From Planctomycetota bacterium (GTDB lineage: Bacteria > Planctomycetota > UBA8108 > SXIK01): 64,000 bases of DNA. Below the pieces are notes generated by a model, which saw nothing but the letters and a program-made list of their open reading frames with translations, was not told the DNA's origin and did not search any database. Shown piece after piece: positions 56,561 through 64,000 of the stretch. The stretch spans positions 3,072,001 through 3,136,000 of the forward strand of contig CBDCXR010000004.1 of NCBI GenBank assembly GCA_965223845.1, given 5' to 3'. The stretch's first letter is position 1. Each line of letters opens with the position of its first letter. A program made the translations under genes and the position numbers.

Positions 56561-56977
56561 CTATTCCGCGGCTGAAGCCCCGACCCAACACGCGCCGGCG
56601 TCGTCCCAGCGGAACTTCGTACGAACGGATTCGAACGCCTCCAGGATCGCGGTGCGAAGCTCGCTCTCGGAGAAATCGCTGGCCGGCCCGGCCGATTTGA
56701 GCGCGCTTCCGACGACGTCCTTGGCGAATCGTCCGGCGACCCCGCCGCCGATCGAGCTCGAGACCATTCGCGTCACAGAACGCTGCAAACCGCCCCAGAG
56801 GTTTTTCTTCGCCGAACGTTCGGCGGTCGCGGCGACCGATGTCGACTTCTTGAGACGGGCGCGGCCCATCACTTCGACTCCGGTCGTGGGGCAGCGAAAT
56901 CCGACGGACAGGGTGCTGCCCTTCTGATCCTGGCTGCAGATCAGGGGCGCGATGGAATCGTAACTGGGGGATGTCAT
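56561..56977 (-). CDS. hypothetical protein (138 aa)
   Basis: GAGAGGA precedes ATG 56977 (MTSPSYDSIAPL). Globular-looking composition; it fills an otherwise empty gap. The longer ORF N-terminus looks non-coding. Confidence 0.6.
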   Translation of the reverse strand: MTSPSYDSIAPLICSQDQKGSTLSVGFRCPTTGVEVMGRARLKKSTSVAATAERSAKKNLWGGLQRSVTRMVSSSIGGGVAGRFAKDVVGSALKSAGPASDFSESELRTAILEAFESVRTKFRWDDAGACWVGASAAE

Positions 56978-57288
56978 GGTCGCGGTCCTCTCGTCTGGCC
57001 ACCTGGTGGCGACGTTCGTGGCGTCGATCCGGCGCCCGACCTCCTCGAGCGCGCCTACTTGGTGACGCGTCGCGGACTTCCGAAAGCGGAAACGATTTCT
57101 CGGCGAAATCTGAGCGAACCGGCGCCACGCGCCGAGAGGGCGCCCTCCGGCGCCCGCAAACTCCGGTAACGCAAACGCCCCGTTCGACTTGCGCGCGTCC
57201 GAGCGAATCCGGAGAATTGGAAGGGACCGTCGGCCCCCTCGAGACATCGGTGCCGATCGGCGAGCTCTCTCTCCGGTGATTCGGGACC

Positions 57289-57855
57289 ATGCGGGACGCT
57301 GCCACCGTTCAGCTGCTCACTCGCGTCTGCGAGGGTGATCGAGACGCCGCGCGCGACCTGATGCCGATCGTCTACGATCGCCTCCGCGCGCTGGCTGCGA
57401 GCTACTTCCAGCGGGAACGCTCGGATCACACGCTCCAGCCGACCGCTCTCGTCAACGAGGCGTTCGTCCAGCTCGTCGACCGCAAGGACCCTCGCTGGAA
57501 CGGCCGGACGCACTTCTTCGCGATCGCCGCGAGTGAGATGCGACGCATCCTCGTCGATCATGCGCGAGCCAGGCATGCCCTCAAGCGCGGCGGTGGCCGC
57601 CGCCGAGTGACCCTCAGCGGCCTGGCGTCGGAGCTGCCGTCGCAGCTCGATGCGATGGCGCTCGACGACGCGCTCCGCTCCCTCTCCGAGGTCGATGAAC
57701 GAGCGGCTCGGATCGTCGAGCTGCGCTACTTCGGCGGACTCGCCGTCGAGGAGATCGCGTCCGTGCTCGGCGTGACGTCTCGCACGATTCGGAACGACTG
57801 GCGCACTGCGCGCGCGTGGCTCCTCGCAGAGCTCGGGAAACCCGATGCGAATTGA
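57289..57855 (+). CDS. ECF sigma factor, TIGR02999-like (kinase-associated)
   Basis: LMPIVYDRLRALA, HTLQPTALVNEAF, HFFAIAA..MRRILVDHAR...KRGG, VELRYFGGL and DWRTARAWL motifs. Confidence 0.93.
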   Translation: MRDAATVQLLTRVCEGDRDAARDLMPIVYDRLRALAASYFQRERSDHTLQPTALVNEAFVQLVDRKDPRWNGRTHFFAIAASEMRRILVDHARARHALKRGGGRRRVTLSGLASELPSQLDAMALDDALRSLSEVDERAARIVELRYFGGLAVEEIASVLGVTSRTIRNDWRTARAWLLAELGKPDAN

Positions 57856-60800
57856 CCCCACCGAGTACCGGCGAATCAAAGAGCTGTTTCTCGAGGCCGC
57901 CGACCTCCCCCCGGAGGCGCGGAAGAGCTTCCTCGACGAGCGCTGCGAGAACGCTTCGGAGCGCGAACGCCTCGAGGGGATGCTCGAGCAGGACACGCCC
58001 GAATTCGAAACGAAGAGTGACGAGTTCGCCAAGCCGCTCGCCCACATCGACGACAAGATCGGCCCCTACCGCATTCTCGATCACCTCGGAGAGGGGGGAT
58101 TTTGCGTCGTCTACCTCGCCGAGCAGACCGTCCCCTTGCGCCGGCAGGTCGCACTCAAGCTCATCAAGCCCGGACTCGACACCCGGAGCGTGATCGCTCG
58201 CTTCGAGGTAGAACGTCAAGCTCTTGCGATGATGAGCCATCCGGGCATCGCGCGCATCTACGACTCCGGCGTCACGCCGCAGGGTCGTCCGTACTTCGCG
58301 ATGGAGTATGTTCCCGGGATTCCCATCACCGACTACTGCGATCGCCAGCGTCTCACCATCGAAGAGCGCCTGCGACTTTTCGTGGAAGTCTGCGACGCAG
58401 TTCAGCACGCACACCACAAGGCGATCATCCATCGCGACATCAAGCCTTCGAACGTCTTGGTCGCGAAGGTCGACGGCGCGCCCGTGCTCAAGGTCATCGA
58501 TTTCGGGATCGCGAAATCCCTGGCGCAGAAGCTCACCGATCTCACCCTCCACACCATGCAGGGTCAATTCATCGGTACGCCCGAGTACATGAGTCCGGAA
58601 CAAGCCTCTGGTTCGGGCCTCGATGTCGACACGCGAACCGACGTCTACGCCCTCGGGGTCCTCCTCTACGAGCTGCTCGTCGGCCGGGTGCCCGTCGACA
58701 GCGCTCTCCTTCGGGGCTCGGGAATTCGGGAGCTGCAGAACTTCATCGGCGCCTACGAACCGCGGCGCCCCAGCTCTCGCCTCCGCGAGCTCGACGACGA
58801 AACGGCGACGCGGAATGCGGCCAGTCGGAAGTCGGATCCCCTCGCACTCGCAAATCGCGTACGCGGCGACCTGGATTGGATCACCCTCAAGGCCATCGCG
58901 AAGGAACCCGAGCGGAGGTACGCGACGCCCTCGGAGCTCGCCCGAGACATTCATCGCTACTTCGAGAACGACAACGTTTCGGCGACGCCTCCGAGTCTCG
59001 GGTACCGAGTGAAGAAGCTGTGGAAACGCAATCGCGGCCTTCTTTCCAGCGCCGCTCTCGTCTTCGTGGCGCTCGCCTCGGGAGTCGTGGTCAGCTCAGC
59101 GCTCTACTGGGAGTCGGAGAAGACGAACGCGCTTCTCGAGGACGCGCTCGTCCGATCGGAAGGGCTCCGCCTAGTCGCGGCGTCGGCGGCGGCGGTCGCC
59201 ACCGATCCGGACACCGGGCTGCTCCTCGCGCTAGAGGGAGCCCAGCGCTACCGCGGACGAGAGTCGAGCTCCGCGGTGCTCTCGGCGCTCGGACATTTCG
59301 TTCCGCACCGGACAGTCGTCGGCCATTCGCGTTGGGTGCGTTCCTGCGACTTCGATTCGAGCGGCACGCGATTCCTCACGGCGTCCCTCGATGGAACGGC
59401 GAGCGTCTGGAACGCCTCGAGCGGTGAGCTCATCCGAGTGCTGCGTTTCCACGAGAAGCCCGTCGAGTTTGCGCGGTTCAGTCCGAACGGAAAGCAGATC
59501 GCGATCGCCGCGCGGGACGGCTCCGTGTCGATCGTGAAGGATAGCGGCGAGCTCGTTCGGAAGCTCTCCGGGTTCGCCGGTCACGTCATTTGGGTCGACT
59601 GGCTCGACGACGACCGCGTAGTCGGAGTGTCGTCCTGGTTCGTAAAGGCGTTTCGCGTCTCTACCGGTGATGCCCTCGCTTCGCACCGAACCGCCGGCAA
59701 GGGGCACCTCGCCGCCGCGGCGCGAAATTCTCAGGGAGATCTCGTCGTCGCCGGTGATTCAGTCGGAGGTGTTCAGGTCTTCGGATTGGAAGATTCGACG
59801 ATTCGAACCCACTTCGAAGGCCGAACGGAGATCCGGACGATCGAGTTCAGCCCGGACGGCAAACGCGTGCTCGTGGCGAACCTCCGTCGCGCCTACGTGC
59901 GAGACCTCGCCACGAAAGAGATCGTGCTCCGGCTCGAGCGGATCAAACGCCACGTTCTCGGCGCGCGCTACTCCCCCGATGGGCGGTGGATCGTCAGCGT
60001 TTCCGACGACTGGCGCCCCCTACTCTGGAATGCCGAGACCGGCGAGCTGCACCGTGCATTCGAAGGTCACTCGTCCAGCGTGATCTGCGCCGCGTTCAGT
60101 CCCGATGGATCGCGACTCGTCACAGGATCGATCGACAACACCGCTCGGATCTGGAACGTGCTGACGGGTGAGCTCGAGTCCACACTCCGCGCACACAGCC
60201 GAAAAGTAACGCACGTCGAGTTCAGTCGGGACGGGACTCGAGTCGGCACGGCATCGATGGATACGACGGCCGGCATCTGGCACGTCGGTTCTCGAGCCAT
60301 TCCCCGGTTTGAGCATACTGACCGAATCGAGACGATCGACGTCTCCCGCGACGACAGCCGAGTGGTCTCGGCGTCATGGAATGCGGAAGCGGTGATCTGG
60401 GACATCGCAAACCGAAGACGCCTCGTGACTCTCCGCGGACACCGCCAGGGCGTGAGCTCAGCACGCTTCAGCGCCGACGGCAGCCGGATCCTCACGCGGA
60501 GTGTCCACGGCCGGACGGTTCGGATCTGGAACGCCGTGACCGGCGACGAGCTCCGGCAGTGGAAGCAAGACGGCGACACGCTGACGGCTTCGCTCAGCCC
60601 GGACGGCCTCCGCATCGTCATCGCCGATCGCAGCGCGGCGGAGTCTCGGCTCTACGACACATCGAGCGGGGAGCTTCTTCGCTCGTTTCCGATCGAGGGG
60701 AAAGTTGTGTGGCAATCGGGTTTCACGCCGGACGGAGGGGCGGTGTACGCGACCTCCGACCGCGGCGTGTACGTGTGGGATGCTCAGTCGGGCGCGGAAA

Positions 60801-61429
60801 CGTGCGTCCTCCGCGATCACGACGGATACGTTCTCGTTCGCGGACTTCACGGCGCGAGTCGCCGGATGCTCACGATCGGTCACGACGGCTTCGCGCGTCT
60901 CTGGGACTACCGCACCGGCGCAAAACTCGCTGAGTTTCCCCACGAACGCCAACTCAACGAGGCCTGTCTGAGCGACGACGGAACTCGGGCGCTCACGACG
61001 GCGCACGAGGACGTCGCGCGAGTTTGGGACACACAGAGCGGTGAGCTTCTCCTCACACTCTCCGGCCACGAGGCCAGGCTCTGCTCGCTGTCGTTCAGTG
61101 GAGATGGCCGGAGGATCCTGACGGCCGCGTTCGATGCGACCGCGAGAGTCTGGGACGCGGAGACCGGCGAAGAGTTGCTCGCCTACCGCGGTCATTCCTC
61201 GCGGCTTCAGCGCGACGCGCGATTCTTGCACGGCGGGAAGTGGGCCATCACTGCGTCCTTCGACAACACGATTCACATCTGGCCCGTCGAGCCGGTCGAG
61301 GTCGCCGAGTCGCTCCGGCCGCGCGAGCTCTATCCGCTCGAACGCAAGCGGTTTTCGGTTCCGGACGGCGCGATTCCGAGTCCTCGAGCGGTGTTGGAGA
61401 ATCACACCGAGCGGTCGAGGCAAGAATGA
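57845..61429 (+). CDS. Hanks-type Ser/Thr protein kinase with TM segment and WD40 repeats
   Basis: LGEGGFCVVY, VALK, HRDIKPSN, DFG and GTPEYMSPEQ motifs; TM GLLSSAALVFVALASGVVVSSALYW; many GH...FSPDG..T.S.D.TARIW repeats. Overlaps the sigma gene by 11 nt. Confidence 0.95.
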   Translation: MRIDPTEYRRIKELFLEAADLPPEARKSFLDERCENASERERLEGMLEQDTPEFETKSDEFAKPLAHIDDKIGPYRILDHLGEGGFCVVYLAEQTVPLRRQVALKLIKPGLDTRSVIARFEVERQALAMMSHPGIARIYDSGVTPQGRPYFAMEYVPGIPITDYCDRQRLTIEERLRLFVEVCDAVQHAHHKAIIHRDIKPSNVLVAKVDGAPVLKVIDFGIAKSLAQKLTDLTLHTMQGQFIGTPEYMSPEQASGSGLDVDTRTDVYALGVLLYELLVGRVPVDSALLRGSGIRELQNFIGAYEPRRPSSRLRELDDETATRNAASRKSDPLALANRVRGDLDWITLKAIAKEPERRYATPSELARDIHRYFENDNVSATPPSLGYRVKKLWKRNRGLLSSAALVFVALASGVVVSSALYWESEKTNALLEDALVRSEGLRLVAASAAAVATDPDTGLLLALEGAQRYRGRESSSAVLSALGHFVPHRTVVGHSRWVRSCDFDSSGTRFLTASLDGTASVWNASSGELIRVLRFHEKPVEFARFSPNGKQIAIAARDGSVSIVKDSGELVRKLSGFAGHVIWVDWLDDDRVVGVSSWFVKAFRVSTGDALASHRTAGKGHLAAAARNSQGDLVVAGDSVGGVQVFGLEDSTIRTHFEGRTEIRTIEFSPDGKRVLVANLRRAYVRDLATKEIVLRLERIKRHVLGARYSPDGRWIVSVSDDWRPLLWNAETGELHRAFEGHSSSVICAAFSPDGSRLVTGSIDNTARIWNVLTGELESTLRAHSRKVTHVEFSRDGTRVGTASMDTTAGIWHVGSRAIPRFEHTDRIETIDVSRDDSRVVSASWNAEAVIWDIANRRRLVTLRGHRQGVSSARFSADGSRILTRSVHGRTVRIWNAVTGDELRQWKQDGDTLTASLSPDGLRIVIADRSAAESRLYDTSSGELLRSFPIEGKVVWQSGFTPDGGAVYATSDRGVYVWDAQSGAETCVLRDHDGYVLVRGLHGASRRMLTIGHDGFARLWDYRTGAKLAEFPHERQLNEACLSDDGTRALTTAHEDVARVWDTQSGELLLTLSGHEARLCSLSFSGDGRRILTAAFDATARVWDAETGEELLAYRGHSSRLQRDARFLHGGKWAITASFDNTIHIWPVEPVEVAESLRPRELYPLERKRFSVPDGAIPSPRAVLENHTERSRQE

Positions 61430-61497
61430 CCCGAGGGCGCGGCGAAGATCTCGATCTTCGCCGCGCCCTCGGATGAAGGGACCGTTATCGCTGCCTC

Positions 61498-63999
61498 CTA
61501 CTCACACGCACTCGGGCAATCCTGAATGCGGCGACACGCGTCGATCGGGCCGAGCACGGGCTCGGCGCCGTCCGCGAAGAGGTACAGGAGACCGGCGATT
61601 CCATCGGAGATGTTGACCGCATCGTCGCCGTTCCAATCCATGAGCGTGACGTTCGCCGAGTCGTCCGCGCTCCCGTCACCGCAGGGAAGCGACTTCGGTT
61701 CACCGCCGAAGAGGAAGCCCAAGAGACAGATCGGATCGGCGATGTTGACCGCCCCGTCGACATTGCAGTCGAACGGCAGAGCCGCTCCGACCTCGCCGCC
61801 GCCGAGCGAGCACACCGCGCTTCCGGGGAGCGACATGAGCTCACCGACCATGGCGCGGACCTCGTATTCGCCCGGCTGAACCCGCAGCGACACGCGGTCC
61901 TCGAACAGGGTCGCTTGACCGTCGAGGATGTCGACGAGGTGGCCGTCTCGGTAAACCCGAATCGAGTCGTACGCGTCCCCGTTCTCCCATTTGAGGGTGA
62001 CGACGCGCTCCGAGCGAAGCGCGATGGCGTTGCAGGCGATTCCGCTCGGCGGCTCAACTCCGATGTCGAGGACGATCGGCTCTTCCGGGCGCCCCTTGCG
62101 GCGTTCCTTCCAAGCCCGACCGGCGCCGGCGACCTGCAGCTCGACGAGTCCCGCCGCCTGCGTTTCGAGTGAACCGACGATGCGAGCGCTCCGTCCCGTC
62201 GGATCCGCCTCCACCGAGACGTCCGACCATTCGTGCCCGGCGACGCTTCGCTTCGAGCGCATCTGCACGTCGAAGCTCGGCAGCTCATCCATGGGAGCGA
62301 GTCCGACATTCCGCAGATCGACCATCGCCTTGACCGTGGAGCCGGCGGGAGCGTGACGGTCACTGACCGCGAACCGATCGACGATCACTTCCGGCTCGAG
62401 GAGAGCAGCGTAGGAGCGCACGCCTGCGTCGACGTTTCCGCGCTCGAGGTGCGTCGTGTTCACGACGCAGAGATCACCGGCTCCTCCCTTCGCGATCGCT
62501 AGCTCCCAATCACGCTCGCCGTCGCGATCGAGATCCTTCACGAACCACGTCGCGTTCTCGCCCATGCTCGGGTAGTAGGTCGCGACCAGGGCGTCGCCGT
62601 CGAGCGTGAGCGGACCGTTCGCTCCCGGAGGCGGAAGCGGAAGGGACGGCGTCCCGAAGACGGTGTCACGCGCGGGGCCGCCGGCATTGAACGTTCGCGC
62701 TACGAGGCCGAAGGACTCGTCCTCGGGATCCCAGACGATGTCCGGAAAGACTCCGACCGCGACCGTCCAGCCCGGAGGACAGTTTCCGCGCTGAAGCGGA
62801 TAGGCCTGGCCGAAGGTTCCGTTGAGAAGCACGGCGGTGTAGATCACCTGCTGGTTCCCCGCACCGGTAGTAATCGCCGGACCGTCGAGCGTGTTGACGA
62901 GCGGCTGGTCCGCGGTGAACGTCAACATGCCGTCGTTGTCCGACGAGAGCGCGATCGACGGCATCTCGAGTCCGAGGAGACCGAAGTCGAGCGTCTCGAC
63001 CGGAGTCCAGACACCGTCGATGCGCATCGAAAACGCGAGCGCGCGGTCTGTGCTCGTGCCGAGGAGTCCGTCGATATCTTGGACCCACACGACGGCGACG
63101 GTGTCTCCACTCGGCGACACGGAGATTTCCGGCTCGTAGTCCGCAACCGGCTGGCCCGGCACGGCGTCGGAAATCTGCTCGACCGGTCCGAGCGAACCCC
63201 CGGCCCCGATCCGGCGCGCGACGACTTCGAGCTTCTGCCGAAGCATCGTGCCGTCCGGAGCGAGGATGTCGCTGTCTTCGCTCCGCGTCCAGACGCACCA
63301 CGCCTCGCCGGCTCCCGGTGCGGCCGCCACCTCGGGGCGTCCCTCGGGAAGCTGGTTCTGCGTGATGGCTTCTGCGGCCGACCAACCACCCGCGTTCGTC
63401 CACATGGAATAGAAGATCTCTTCGTTCCGGAAGATCTCGGCGGTCGCCTCGGTGTCCTCCATGTTCTCCGTGATCTGCTCGATCTCGGCGAACGAAAGCG
63501 TGTTCTCGGTCCACACCGCGATCGCTTGCGTATCGCTCATGAACGCCAGCGACGAATCCCGGCGGAGTCGATCGGTAGGAGCAAAGAGAGGCTGCGGCGC
63601 GGTCCAGCCGGCACCGGCGTCCTGAGAGAAGAAGAGTTCGGGATCGTAGATTTCGGGATCGGGAGCCGCGTCCTTCATGAACACCAGGAGTGTGCGTCCA
63701 CCCGACGGGCTCGTGGCGACCGACGGATGCGTCTGCTGCGGAATCGACGGATCGACGCCGATGCCTCCCGCCCCGCCGCAGCCGCCGCCCCACTCGTTCT
63801 CGTAGACGTGAAAGGTCTTGCCGACGCAGAAGAGTCCCCACAGCGCACAGGCGTGAACCTCGGCGTCGATGTCGAGACCGAGACAGAAGCCGACGTCGAT
63901 GCCGAGGTCGTTTCCGTCCCATCCGACGGTGATCGGCAACCCGAACGATCCTGTCGGATTGATCGATGCGCCCACCGACCCGAGTCCACTCGCGACCAC
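61498..63999 (-). CDS. large secreted modular protein (C-terminal part; start beyond window) with propeller-like, CARDB/FN3-like and dockerin-like domains
   Basis: Open frame to the window edge; repeated P.(V/I)A...(V/L)VW blades; VKAMVDLRNVG (CARDB-like); VTLKWENGDAYDSIRVYRDG (FN3-like); tail FDCNVDGAVNIADPICLLGFLF...DWNGDD...CRRIQDCPSACE. Confidence 0.8.
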   Translation of the reverse strand: MVASGLGSVGASINPTGSFGLPITVGWDGNDLGIDVGFCLGLDIDAEVHACALWGLFCVGKTFHVYENEWGGGCGGAGGIGVDPSIPQQTHPSVATSPSGGRTLLVFMKDAAPDPEIYDPELFFSQDAGAGWTAPQPLFAPTDRLRRDSSLAFMSDTQAIAVWTENTLSFAEIEQITENMEDTEATAEIFRNEEIFYSMWTNAGGWSAAEAITQNQLPEGRPEVAAAPGAGEAWCVWTRSEDSDILAPDGTMLRQKLEVVARRIGAGGSLGPVEQISDAVPGQPVADYEPEISVSPSGDTVAVVWVQDIDGLLGTSTDRALAFSMRIDGVWTPVETLDFGLLGLEMPSIALSSDNDGMLTFTADQPLVNTLDGPAITTGAGNQQVIYTAVLLNGTFGQAYPLQRGNCPPGWTVAVGVFPDIVWDPEDESFGLVARTFNAGGPARDTVFGTPSLPLPPPGANGPLTLDGDALVATYYPSMGENATWFVKDLDRDGERDWELAIAKGGAGDLCVVNTTHLERGNVDAGVRSYAALLEPEVIVDRFAVSDRHAPAGSTVKAMVDLRNVGLAPMDELPSFDVQMRSKRSVAGHEWSDVSVEADPTGRSARIVGSLETQAAGLVELQVAGAGRAWKERRKGRPEEPIVLDIGVEPPSGIACNAIALRSERVVTLKWENGDAYDSIRVYRDGHLVDILDGQATLFEDRVSLRVQPGEYEVRAMVGELMSLPGSAVCSLGGGEVGAALPFDCNVDGAVNIADPICLLGFLFGGEPKSLPCGDGSADDSANVTLMDWNGDDAVNISDGIAGLLYLFADGAEPVLGPIDACRRIQDCPSACE

Positions 64000-64000
64000 G

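Noticed and set aside
1-64000. CRISPR arrays, IS/transposases, integrases, phage genes, rRNA/tRNA
   Set aside because: I saw no regularly spaced DNA repeats, terminal inverted repeats or matching protein motifs; the repeats found are protein-level. A covariance-model scan was not possible, so small RNAs could be missed.

Overview
GC-rich, gene-dense bacterial DNA (roughly two-thirds GC, judged by eye). It is most likely from a Planctomycetota genome: it carries a DUF1553/PSCyt cytochrome with DUF1501, a PVC-type CxxCH protein, a TIGR02999-type ECF sigma next to a Ser/Thr kinase, and dockerin-like C-termini. I call 33 protein-coding genes, two of them truncated by the window edges. I see no rRNA, tRNA, CRISPR array or mobile element. 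Main themes: (1) A divergent catabolic cluster at 1-7135 (fold-type III PLP enzyme, ALDH, Na+/solute symporter, amidohydrolase-class III aminotransferase fusion, SDR), plus scattered M81, RraA, sialidase, Gfo/Idh/MocA and glycosidase-like genes. Together these suggest breakdown of N-acylated amino-sugar acids, possibly bacterial nonulosonates. (2) Large secreted modular proteins: a six-module repeat protein and a second protein sharing a Cys-rich dockerin-like tail, and a G8/beta-helix-nitrilase fusion. (3) Three ECF sigma factors. Two are membrane-tethered fusions, and both contain an in-frame GGAGGT-N6-start codon site just before the membrane segment, suggesting a hidden second translation product. 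All functional calls come from motif recognition by eye; no database searches were run.
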